A DNA stretch of 64,000 nt from an uncultured Gammaproteobacteria bacterium (lineage in GTDB: Bacteria; Pseudomonadota; Gammaproteobacteria; JABCZS01). The stretch spans positions 1,504,001 to 1,568,000 of the forward strand of contig CAWKDC010000001.1 in assembly GCA_963848305.1 (NCBI GenBank). Direction: 5' to 3'. A program made the translations under genes and the position numbers. The notes under the pieces are model-generated. The model was not told the origin of the DNA. It did no database searches and worked only from the letters and a program-made list of their open reading frames with translations. Of this stretch, positions 43,258 to 53,402 are shown in pieces (the stretch's first letter is position 1; each line of letters starts with the position of its first letter).

Positions 43258-44586
43258 ATGTCTTTATTCAAAAAAATCATGATCGCTTTTCTCCTGTGTT
43301 CACTTCATGGCTTGGTCTACGCACAAGCGAACATCCCGATCGCATCTTGCAATGATTTGAAATCCATCAGCGCTAATATGAGCGGTTATTACTACCTCAC
43401 ACAGGATGTTTACTGTGGCACGGTTCACCCGATTGATGGCACTTTCACGGGCACATTGGATGGGCAAGGGTTTACCATTTTCAATCTGAATATTGTGAAT
43501 CAAGATGGTCGTAAAAGCGAAAACACCGGGATTTTTAGAACAATAGGGCAAAATGCACAAGTCACCAATATCCGCTTTTTCAATACCGTGTTGACTGCGC
43601 ACCGAGATACGAATCGTGGGGTCATTGCGGGTGTGGCAACGGGAAATGTTAACGTCACGGACGTGGTTTTCGAGAAACTTCAAATATTGCACCACGATGT
43701 GGCTCCGGATAAGAAGAAGGATTTAGGCGGGACAGGCAGCGTGGTGGGTCTTGCCACAGAAGGTACGATTGTGCTCAGACGCGTCATGGTGACAGGCCCA
43801 GCAGATGGCGTTTTGATCTCTCAAAACGCATTTGCAGGCGGGTTAGTGGGTATTGCTGAGGGCAATATTATCATTGAGCAGTCAAGTGTTTGGGCGTTGC
43901 AAGCAAAGGGAGGCAAAGAATGTTACAACCCTGCGAATGAATGTGGGTATGGTGGTTTGGTCGGCTTAATCGGTAAATTCCAGCCCCACAATTATGATCA
44001 TCCTGACAACCATGTACCCGCTCTTGAGAATGGCAACAGTGCGATCATTTCCCAATCTTCAGCATCAGGCGCTATTTTTTCAGACAAAAACATAGGTGGA
44101 TTCGTTGGCATGATCAAAGCAGATCGAGGTGTTTTAATTGAAAACAGCTACTCTGATATTGCTATTTTATGCAGAAGATATTATCCAATTGGAAATGAAT
44201 GTGAGGTTCCCAGTAAGTTTGCCGGTGGTGTGGTGGGGAAAGCTGTGGAAAGTGGTCATCAAAAAATGATCGCCCTGGGAAATGTGTATGTCATTGGGAG
44301 GAATGACAATGACATTAAGAATGAACCCTACAGAGAATGGGACACGCATTCTGCTGCGATAGTAGGGATAGATGAGTCCGCTTCAACACGAATTATCAAT
44401 TTGCCCAATACGCAAAGTTACTACGATAGGGATAGCACAAAAATGTCAATATCAGGTGACATGGTATCGAGAGGGTTGACATCTAATCAAATGCAATCAG
44501 GCTATACTGCCGATTTTTCGACCTGGGATCCTTCCGTTTGGACTTTTATCTATGGTTATTATCCTATTTTGAATGAAACACGGTAG
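43258..44586 (+). CDS. Secreted beta-helical protein with GLUG-like repeats
   Basis: Signal peptide; Y.LTQD, FTGTLDGQGFTIFNL, repeated (A/Y/I)GG(L/F/V)VG motifs, terminal W...W.....YYP.L. Confidence 0.75.
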   Translation: MSLFKKIMIAFLLCSLHGLVYAQANIPIASCNDLKSISANMSGYYYLTQDVYCGTVHPIDGTFTGTLDGQGFTIFNLNIVNQDGRKSENTGIFRTIGQNAQVTNIRFFNTVLTAHRDTNRGVIAGVATGNVNVTDVVFEKLQILHHDVAPDKKKDLGGTGSVVGLATEGTIVLRRVMVTGPADGVLISQNAFAGGLVGIAEGNIIIEQSSVWALQAKGGKECYNPANECGYGGLVGLIGKFQPHNYDHPDNHVPALENGNSAIISQSSASGAIFSDKNIGGFVGMIKADRGVLIENSYSDIAILCRRYYPIGNECEVPSKFAGGVVGKAVESGHQKMIALGNVYVIGRNDNDIKNEPYREWDTHSAAIVGIDESASTRIINLPNTQSYYDRDSTKMSISGDMVSRGLTSNQMQSGYTADFSTWDPSVWTFIYGYYPILNETR

Positions 44587-44673
44587 AAGTAAATAGATGG
44601 GAGGTGCGTAAGCTGTGCTGGTTTGACTTCAGCCTTCTGCACCACATAGTTAAATGGACAGGGTCATTATATC

Positions 44674-47600
44674 ATGGTGAATGTTTCATGGATTCAGAGA
44701 ACATTGGGTGCTGAATCTTGCTACAACATGGGTCAGCGATATGAAACAGGAGCTATTGTTTCGCGTGATATGGCAACTGCTCTAGAATGGTATAGAGCGT
44801 CAGCGGCACTGGGCCATGTGGATGCACAATTATGGCTTGCTGATCATTATAGAAAACAGAAAAACGTCGCTGAAGCAAGACAATATTATCGAAAAGCGAT
44901 AGTAAAAAAACCGAAATTAGCACACTATGGTCTTGCTTTATTGCTCGAAGATGAAGAAAAATATTCTGCTGCTTTAGAGGCTTTTGAACTCGCTGCATCG
45001 CTTGGATGTCATTTGTCTGAAAAAAAACTAATAGACTTTTCTCGTACAGGTGATCACAGGCCAAGCATTACTGATTTTGGGTGAGCTCGAAGAACATAAA
45101 GAGAACTGGGTCAAGGCAGAACAACATTACACAGAAGCAGCAAATTTAATGTCTGCCAAAACGGTACCGCTAGCAAGTATTGAAGCATTAAAACGATTAG
45201 GTGATTTCTATATTAAGGGTCGTGCCACTATCCTCCAAAACAAATCCGTGGCAATCAAATACTATCAACAAGCAGCGATGTTAGGATCGACAGAAGCGTT
45301 AAATGCATTATTGGTGCTGGCAGAGACGGATGGAGAGGCAAACTATGCATTGGCAGAATGTTATTGTGAAGGGTTGTCTGCCGCTAGTGAAAATCTAAAA
45401 AAGGAGAAACTTGAAAAAATACTTGAATACTTAAAGAAGTCTAATGCACAGAGATTTCTGCCAGCCAAAATGAAATTGGCTGAGATTACGAAAGATTATC
45501 TAAAGGACGAAGCACAAGCCTGTCACTATTATATTGAAGCTGCAGAACAAGGTGATAAGCAAGCACTAAGTCTATTGCCAGTGCTTCTTGATAAAATAAC
45601 AAACATGGATTTATACCTTCGGTTTGGCCGTTTGAAGGAAAAACTGAAGGATGTTCAGGGCGCCATGGTTTATTATCATAAAGTCCATAAAATCTACGGC
45701 GGAAATCATGGTCAGCAGCAATTGGCGCGGCTAGCCAATCAAGATGCGAAATATGCATTTGATATTGGAAAACTATTTGTACTGGACGACCCGATCAATG
45801 CGCTGAATTATTATATGATATCTGCGCGTGCTAAAAATGCGGAAGCGTTAGCTGCCGCTGAATCTCTGTCGGAAAAGGGTTCTGCAGAGATCCAATATAA
45901 ATTAGCAATGGAATATTTTTTGCCTGCTAAAAACATGCGAAAAGGCGTGAATTTTTTGTTGCATGCTTGGAATAAAGGGTATCAATTAGCGTTAACTGCG
46001 CTTAAATCAACAACATTTGATGTCGCGATGTATCAGTATCTTGCCGAGCAATTTGAAAAAGGGGGTATTGTTAAGCAGGATGAATCATTGGCATTGTATT
46101 TTTATATTAAATGCGCCGAGTTACAACCTATACCAGGTGGATTTAAAGTCGGTGAGTATTATCTGAACGGACGTGGTACAGCTGTGAATGTATCACTTGG
46201 CTGCGAATATTATTTGAGCGCTGCAAAATTAAATTATCAGCCAGCCATTAATGGATTACAGCAAATGGCTGCAGAACAAAACCCAGAAGCACTCTATGCC
46301 TACGGGAAGTATCTATTTCAGCATTTGAAAAAGGACGATGGATTACTTTATTATGCCGCAGCTGCGCAGTGTCATCATACGCAAGCAAAAGAGTTTATTG
46401 GGAATAATGCTCTGTTCACGCAGGATCAACATATAATACTTGCAACAGCGTTTGATAAAGGGGCTGATAATCCCAAAGTGGCAGCAAATGCTGGGGCAGC
46501 GAAAAGATATTACCGAGCCGCCAGTCACAAAGGCTCCGCGATGGCAAGTTTTCGCCTCGGTGAATATGCTGAAAACGCAACAGAATCATCTGAAGATCCC
46601 GTCGATCACTTTGTCACAGCATTACATCAAAAGCATCCGAAAGCAATAAGCCGATTAGAAATATATGGAAAGGCGAAAAATCAGAAGGCCTGTTTTGCGC
46701 TTTCAAAGGCATATGGGCAAAACAATCGCATTGGTATTCAATGGTTAATTTGCGCGGCAGATTTAGGGCACAGTGATGCCTTAAATCAATTGAAAAGCAT
46801 AAAAATTGATCACACAAGTGCTTTTATCGTTGCTGCGGCACTTGATACAGGCAAGACCCCCTTCTTTGATATCACACAAAATCTGTCGCTCGCATTTTGT
46901 TATTATAAAAGTGTGGTGGAGAATGATCCAAACTATCTAGATGCACTCTACCGAATAGTTCAATTTTATGAGCAAGGCCTAGGTGGTGTTGCTGTTGATC
47001 AAGTGTGTACAGCGAAAACGTACGTGTCAATCGCGCTGAAATCATCAGGTGAGCAAGCCACAGCAGCCTTAGAAAAGGCATCAAAGATCATTGAGGGGAT
47101 AAGCAATTGGGAATTGTGCTATCAATTAGGTATTGCATACGAACATCATCAACAGACGAGCAAGGCCATACATGCATGTAAAAAAGCTGCTGATAATGGA
47201 CATGCACTTGCCTTAAGTCGCCTCAACCGAATGGCGCAGCAAGATACCGAGTCAGCATATACCATCGGACTGTTGTATGAACAACAAGATATCAATCGCG
47301 CACTTGAATTTTATCAACCAGCATTGATGAGTAATCACGAGGCAACCGTTGAGAAAGTGAAAAAACTCGCGATTCATTTGCCTCAGGCCATGTACGTCAT
47401 TGCACGTGATTATTATGTGCAGCATAAACAGATGCAAGCTGCAATTGAATCATTGATGCGAGCTATTGCACATCAACAACCTGACGCGCTGCTCTTTCTA
47501 AAAGGATTGAACTTAACAGCAACACAATGCAATGCAATTGCCGCTACATATGAAAAAGGGGAAGGAATTCATGTGCAAAATTTTGCGTATGCCATAGCCT

Positions 47601-47917
47601 TTCGAGTGAAAGCGTTAAATAAGAGAAATCCAAATGAATTAATGCATCTCGCTGCTTTGTGTGAAAATAATCAGGAATCACCAAAAGAAAATAGGGCGCT
47701 TGCTTGGGAGTATTATTACAAGGCTGCAGAGTTAGGCTCAAATGATGCTTTTCTTGCATTGGAACGACTAGCGCGAACAGAATCAGAAGATAAAATACAA
47801 GCTTTAAATCAGCTGAAAGATAAAAAAAATCGTACTCCTACTGTGACTTTCAGCTGGAATTCGACATTGCCGAAACGAGCCGCTTTGCCTGCTTCATATA
47901 CTTCTAAAAGGAATTAG
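44674..47917 (+). CDS. Large Sel1-like (SLR/TPR) repeat protein, ~1080 aa if a 1-nt frameshift near 45060 is corrected
   Basis: Many Sel1 repeats (ALEWYRASAALGHVDA, AIKYYQQAAMLGSTEA, YYYKAAELGSNDA); ORFs 44674-45084 and 45050-47917 join as TGDH-QALLILG. Confidence 0.85.
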
Positions 47918-47920
47918 GAA

Positions 47921-50900
47921 ATGAGAAATCATACAGATCTGTATTCAGTATTGAATGTTCCAAGCACTGCCACATTTGACGAGATAAAAAAGGCTTATCG
48001 TAAGCTCGCCATGAAACAGCATACAGACAAAGGTGGCACTGATGATGCAATGGCAACGTTAAATAATGCATACGAAGTTTTAAGTGATGCTGCCCGCAAG
48101 AGCGCCTATGATGCGATGCAAGCGAGTGGTGCTGATGCCATTGATCGGATGTTTGAAGCGAAAGGCAAATGGGTGAAATTAGGCAGCACAGGTGAACGCT
48201 TTTCGGAAAGGTATAGGAAACGTTTCATCGAGTTGAAGGCATCATACCAGAATGCGATACCAGTAGCGTTCGATATGAAAAATGTTGTTCCAGTGCATCA
48301 GAGCCAATTGTTTGATATCAGCACGCGAGAAGGAGTAATCAAAGAAGGTGGATTGCTTGAATTTCTCAAGAAACATGCGTTGTCCCACAAAGACGCGATG
48401 CTCCCTTCCGGCGTATGGCGTACGCCTTTAACGCCACAGCATGCGATAGGAGTGCTGATTGATTTTGTCGAAGGTGATTATCGTGGGCTTCAACTGAAAC
48501 AACTGTATGATTATATGATGGCGGAAGCGGAGAACGTTGATCAGAGAGAGAGGCAGCTATATCTCGCGTTAGCGAACATATTTATATTTGCCTACCGAGA
48601 ATCATTGCCGAGCGAACTAGAGAAGTCAACGGCTCCATCAATGACGATGTCTGGACACAAGTCTTTGTGTGCTGTGACAAATTATATTAAAAAGACATCC
48701 AGCTTCAGTATGTCTTACTGTGCCTCATTGTTACAAAATGAATATTTTCGTGATTTTTATCAGTGGATACTCGTGAATGCTGTTTGGAGACAACCTGATC
48801 CAAAATTAATTCAAAACACATTGGCTGAATACAATAATTACGATCATACACGTGAAGAGCTGCAAAAGTTGTTGGACAGGCAAGAATCTTTACCAGAAGA
48901 TGCAGAAATGCGCAGCGGGTTTGAGCAATGGGTCACAACGTATAAATATCTCTATCTTTATGAAAAAAATGCCAAGGAACATCGAGAAAAACCAGTATAC
49001 CTTAAATCAGCAGAGCATCATATCGAATGTGCATATGATATTATGGATTGGTTTCCAGTGTTAGGTGAACGCGTTCCAAGAGAAATTCTCGCAAACCTGT
49101 TGCTTCAAGCAGGTGCTCAAATGCAAGTATCAGGCCAATTATCCACAAACCATCCGGAGAAAATGGCATGTGAAAAATTGAGCTATGAGTTTTATATGAA
49201 TGCGCTTATGTTTGCAAATCGTTCATCCTTAGACGTTGAGTTATATGTCCTCCAACACATTATTTCTAATATCAGTGATTATCGCTTTCAAAATGAATCC
49301 GCTAAAAAAGCGCTGCCAGAATTAGTAAAACTATATTCACATATATCAAATGTTTTTCCGCTCTATGAAGAACCGCAGGCACATATTCAATTATTTTCGA
49401 CCAGTGATAATGGTTTGCAAGGTACGATGCGTCGCCTGCTGTATGTATTGGTTGATGTGGTTCGATTCAATCGATCACATGCGGCAGATGAGGCGAAACC
49501 CTTTGATCATAAATATGTTGATGTCTTGTATTATGCATACGAAGCATGTTTGCGTAGATGGTATGAGTCCAATGAAGCGACTGAAAAAGATATTCGAACA
49601 ACTCTTATGGAAGAATTGTTAGCTGACAGAGGCTGGAAGTTTTCTGATTTGAATAAGCGTTTGCAATCACCTTATATCATGATCGATCGAACACCAGATG
49701 GCTGGCTATCTCCGACACGCACATTGGCATTGCCAACAAAAGAGAAACAAACAGCATTCGCTTCACTCGATGCCATTGAAATCGATGACAATACAGGCAA
49801 CTTTCACTTCGTGATGCGCGATATTACCGGCTGGCAAGATCCACAACAGCGCGTGGTCAGTTTTTCAGATATACAAGAAATATTCTCGCACAATGTCACA
49901 GGGGCACTGCTGAGTCTTGATGAAGTCAATGAATACATGCGATTCCATCCATTTAATAAAATCAGAGTATCTCCAACATCCTTGTTCGAGACGGATTTTA
50001 TCAATACGTTTTTGCTAACCGATTATTTCCTAAAATTCATGACGGTGGGTCATGAGGTCAATGGCCAGTATCCCTACAACATGCGACCAGTCAGAGAGAT
50101 GATCTCGCATTTTCCTACTCATTTAAAATTGATTATTGAACAATTTCAAGACGCTCAGAAGGATGAATCTGCTCATCGTTTTTGGATCGAGGCATGTCCG
50201 GTGAATGCATTTTTGCCTGTTCAGGAGCGTGGCAATGACGAGACAACTCGAATCATGGTTCCTGAAATTCATATGATTGTTAAAAAACATCTTTTACGTC
50301 GAAGCGCTAGCGGTGCTTTAGTGGATGATCAAAATGAGCCTGATGAAGGCTGGCACTTGTATCGCTTTGATAAGCTACCAGGGCAGAATAAACTCTGTGA
50401 GTTAGCAACAGATAAATCCGTGATCGTTTTTACAAAAAAACTTACTGAGGTTTATTTTATTCCTAAAGGCGGGCAATCTGAAAAAATGCATTTACCAAAT
50501 CATATAATGCATCTTTTTGTTAAATTATCAGCAATGACTATTGATGATAGTGGTGCAATTTCAAGGACTGACGAAAATTCAAGTTATCTATATTATGTTG
50601 TCAAAGTATTGTGCGCTGAGTATAAAAAACCAACCCTTTTTTCACCAGAATATGTGTTCGCACAGGAGTTTACACTCCACTATGATGAATTTGCAAACTG
50701 TTTGCCTGAGTTTGCTCGCCTTCGCGAGCTGGCTCGTTTGACAGTGTACGTTCAATTATTAAATCGCGTGAAATCATCAAACGAGCTTCAAAAGACAAAG
50801 CTGGAATCTATCCTTAATGATGTCGAACATTGGAAAAAACGTGAAGCCGTAGTCAAAAAAGCCATTGCAGATATTAAGCAGCAATACGATAATCTTTATA

Positions 50901-52408
50901 ACCAAACGTTTCAAGACATGCAGACTAATATTTCTGAGAAGTTTAGTCACTTTAATCGAGACTTTTCTCGGACAGCCTTAGAACGAAAATATCTTGCTAT
51001 CCTTAATGGTATTAAACAGGACATTGATCCGCTTGATTTTAATGAAAGATCCCGGCAAGTCGTCGATGCGGTTGACAAGATGTACAATGAAAATCGAAGC
51101 CGTATTATCAATCAGCATGGCATGGCTCAATGGAATTACAATGCGACTAACATTCGAAACCAGTGCGATGCAGAAAAAGGCAAAATCGCACGCGAGTTAA
51201 CAAGAATGAAACGCGAATCTGTTCATGCAAGTCTGTTGAGTCAATATGATTCGATCTTGGCTTTGCCGAGAAGCACGATCTCGACATATGTCACTGAATT
51301 TATGAATGGAAACCATCAGAATCTGCTGCGATCTCTAGTGAATGAAAGTTACAATAAATCATTGACAGCATTGGTCAGCTCTTTCGGTTCCTTTGATATC
51401 GGGCACTCCACTGTTGAAAATGCATTAACTTCCCCATCCGCTAGAAATAGCATTACTAAAATCATTGTTGATAAAAATACAGCAGCGCTGCGAACACAAT
51501 GTGATAGCGAAATTGCCCGTGCAAACAATATTATCTCTGAAGAGAAAGCTGAGATACGAGCAGCGATCGCTAAATTTCAGCGCGTGATCAATAAATTGGG
51601 TGAGCTAGGGATCGGTCGCAAAGACGCTTTGGATCAGGCCGACATTTCTCCCGAGAAATGCACTTGGGTGCCTGCCAGTGTTGATCGACAAGAAAACCGC
51701 ACTCGTCTTGTATATGGTGGAGTTCATGTGCAGCCCAGTATTCATGTGGTGACAAGTATGAACTCGCAAACACAATCAGCGGTAAATCAGTGTTATTCCC
51801 CGTCGAATCATTTTCGTTATTCGTCACAAGATTTACCTCGTGCGACTCAGAATGGATGCAGTAATAATTTCCAACAACGCATGGCCTCTCAGCCGTCTGC
51901 TCCTCCGCCACCCCCATCTTCCGGTGGCGGATATGGTGGTGGTTCATCGAGTGGTGGAGGGCGACGTCCGCCTTCACCGCCGCCACCAGGGAATGGCTAC
52001 TCGAATAGTATGAGTGATGCGTTGCGTCATAAAGTTGTCCTCAGTTTCCAAGAGGCGGGTATGATGCGACAGAGCGAGAAATTGACGCAGCAGGCTATAA
52101 ACGGAAGCGAAAGAATTATTGCTGGAAGAGATCTCAATAATCCCCATCTTGTCAATACATTAACTGCAGGTGGGAAAAATATCAATGATTGGGGTAAGTA
52201 TACTACACCTTCAGTCACACTTTCGACTGGTCAAAGTGTTCAGATACATTACTATAAGCATGAACCTACCGGTAAAATTTCAAATATTGAGTATAAAGTT
52301 AAAGGTGTGGTAGATTATGCAGGCAAACCCAGTGCTGCTGAACGCACGGGCGCTGATCCTTACCGAGGCACTGGAAAGGCAAAATATGCATCCGAACTTT
52401 TTAAATAG
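47921..52408 (+). CDS. 1495-aa protein: N-terminal J-domain (HTD), unknown core, Pro/Gly linker, putative C-terminal toxin domain
   Basis: DLYSVLNV....[20 protein letters not shown]...LNNAYEVLSD...KSAYD; linker PSAPPPPPSSGGGYGGGSSSGGGRRPPSPPPPG; CT motifs DWGKYTT, IHYYKHEPTG, EYKVK. Confidence 0.8.
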   Translation: MRNHTDLYSVLNVPSTATFDEIKKAYRKLAMKQHTDKGGTDDAMATLNNAYEVLSDAARKSAYDAMQASGADAIDRMFEAKGKWVKLGSTGERFSERYRKRFIELKASYQNAIPVAFDMKNVVPVHQSQLFDISTREGVIKEGGLLEFLKKHALSHKDAMLPSGVWRTPLTPQHAIGVLIDFVEGDYRGLQLKQLYDYMMAEAENVDQRERQLYLALANIFIFAYRESLPSELEKSTAPSMTMSGHKSLCAVTNYIKKTSSFSMSYCASLLQNEYFRDFYQWILVNAVWRQPDPKLIQNTLAEYNNYDHTREELQKLLDRQESLPEDAEMRSGFEQWVTTYKYLYLYEKNAKEHREKPVYLKSAEHHIECAYDIMDWFPVLGERVPREILANLLLQAGAQMQVSGQLSTNHPEKMACEKLSYEFYMNALMFANRSSLDVELYVLQHIISNISDYRFQNESAKKALPELVKLYSHISNVFPLYEEPQAHIQLFSTSDNGLQGTMRRLLYVLVDVVRFNRSHAADEAKPFDHKYVDVLYYAYEACLRRWYESNEATEKDIRTTLMEELLADRGWKFSDLNKRLQSPYIMIDRTPDGWLSPTRTLALPTKEKQTAFASLDAIEIDDNTGNFHFVMRDITGWQDPQQRVVSFSDIQEIFSHNVTGALLSLDEVNEYMRFHPFNKIRVSPTSLFETDFINTFLLTDYFLKFMTVGHEVNGQYPYNMRPVREMISHFPTHLKLIIEQFQDAQKDESAHRFWIEACPVNAFLPVQERGNDETTRIMVPEIHMIVKKHLLRRSASGALVDDQNEPDEGWHLYRFDKLPGQNKLCELATDKSVIVFTKKLTEVYFIPKGGQSEKMHLPNHIMHLFVKLSAMTIDDSGAISRTDENSSYLYYVVKVLCAEYKKPTLFSPEYVFAQEFTLHYDEFANCLPEFARLRELARLTVYVQLLNRVKSSNELQKTKLESILNDVEHWKKREAVVKKAIADIKQQYDNLYNQTFQDMQTNISEKFSHFNRDFSRTALERKYLAILNGIKQDIDPLDFNERSRQVVDAVDKMYNENRSRIINQHGMAQWNYNATNIRNQCDAEKGKIARELTRMKRESVHASLLSQYDSILALPRSTISTYVTEFMNGNHQNLLRSLVNESYNKSLTALVSSFGSFDIGHSTVENALTSPSARNSITKIIVDKNTAALRTQCDSEIARANNIISEEKAEIRAAIAKFQRVINKLGELGIGRKDALDQADISPEKCTWVPASVDRQENRTRLVYGGVHVQPSIHVVTSMNSQTQSAVNQCYSPSNHFRYSSQDLPRATQNGCSNNFQQRMASQPSAPPPPPSSGGGYGGGSSSGGGRRPPSPPPPGNGYSNSMSDALRHKVVLSFQEAGMMRQSEKLTQQAINGSERIIAGRDLNNPHLVNTLTAGGKNINDWGKYTTPSVTLSTGQSVQIHYYKHEPTGKISNIEYKVKGVVDYAGKPSAAERTGADPYRGTGKAKYASELFK

Positions 52409-52862
52409 ATAGGAACATTATGAAACTGATATGCAATCTAAAGGATAGTACATGGGTAAACTATGGTGATGCATATTATCCATTGGCAATTAGTTTTAGT
52501 TTGAAAAGTGGTATTGAAGTGTATATACAATCTGAGGATAATAATACCCCAATTTGGAAAAAAATAACTGGTTTTGAAGTCATTGATCAAATCATTCCCA
52601 GCTCATGGGTTAGGAAAGTAGATGCAGATCCCGCATATGGGATAATCACATTTCTCCCGGCAAAATGGGTCTATCGTGGTTTTTTTGAAGAATTATATGA
52701 TGATGTCCCCTCTGCTGTAGCATTATTCAATGAAGAAGCGATAAAAATATATAAGGAATTGAAAGCGCCAGGGTATGAACAGGATTAATTTCGTTATTGG
52801 AATTGCAAAAGTAATTAGATTGATATGAATGTAGGGGCGCATATTTGTGCCTGTCCGCGCCA
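52303..52862 (+). repeat. 560-bp cassette copy 1 (toxin 3' tip + immunity-like gene + downstream REP)
   Basis: Aligns without gaps to 53403-53962; near-identical first 111 bp and last ~145 bp. Confidence 0.9.
52420..52788 (+). CDS. Putative cognate immunity protein
   Basis: 122 aa, starts 11 nt after the toxin-like stop with AGGA RBS; FEVID..IPS.W and GFFE.L.D motifs. Confidence 0.7.
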   Translation: MKLICNLKDSTWVNYGDAYYPLAISFSLKSGIEVYIQSEDNNTPIWKKITGFEVIDQIIPSSWVRKVDADPAYGIITFLPAKWVYRGFFEELYDDVPSAVALFNEEAIKIYKELKAPGYEQD

Positions 52863-52934
52863 TGGTGCGGCAATAAATCGATTTCGGATCGCGTTGTGGA
52901 TCAAAAGAGAGAAAGTCGACAATGAGCACGGAAA

Positions 52935-53294
52935 ATGAAAAGAGAAGATTTAATTCAAATACTTGAAGGCGATATAGATCATATCGATCATGTGGATATG
53001 TATGATGAGAACATGTGTTCCCCGGAAGTGGAAGTGCATCCAAAACATGTAAAAAGGATGTTGCTCGATTTCATCAGTGATAAACTTAGCGCGCAACAAT
53101 TACAAAAATGGGCAGAGTTCATATCATATCGTTGTGACTATTCGTCGATCAATTTCATGGAACTCGAAGATGAAGATTATTATGAAGTCATGTGGGATGT
53201 GATCAATTGCTTGTCAACCCCCGAACTTGACGGTGAAATCACCAAAGAAAGTGTGAAGGGATACTTGTTGGAACTGCAGAAGTATACGGAGTAA
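52935..53294 (+). CDS. Putative orphan immunity protein, unrelated to its neighbours
   Basis: 119 aa, very acidic, QLQKWAEFI...LSTPELDG; sits between the two cassettes. Confidence 0.6.
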   Translation: MKREDLIQILEGDIDHIDHVDMYDENMCSPEVEVHPKHVKRMLLDFISDKLSAQQLQKWAEFISYRCDYSSINFMELEDEDYYEVMWDVINCLSTPELDGEITKESVKGYLLELQKYTE

Positions 53295-53402
53295 GGCCTC
53301 AGCCTCGTCAGAGGCAGCAGATGTGGAGCCCCGCATGTAGCGCGCCTGATAGGGCGTGCAAATGTGGGGTTCCCATGAGGCCGCTGTAGGCGGCGGAATG
53401 GG

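Noticed and set aside
51890-51995. Pro/Gly-rich low-complexity stretch as a tandem repeat or separate antisense gene (51588-51986)
   Set aside because: It is explained as the coding linker preceding the C-terminal module.
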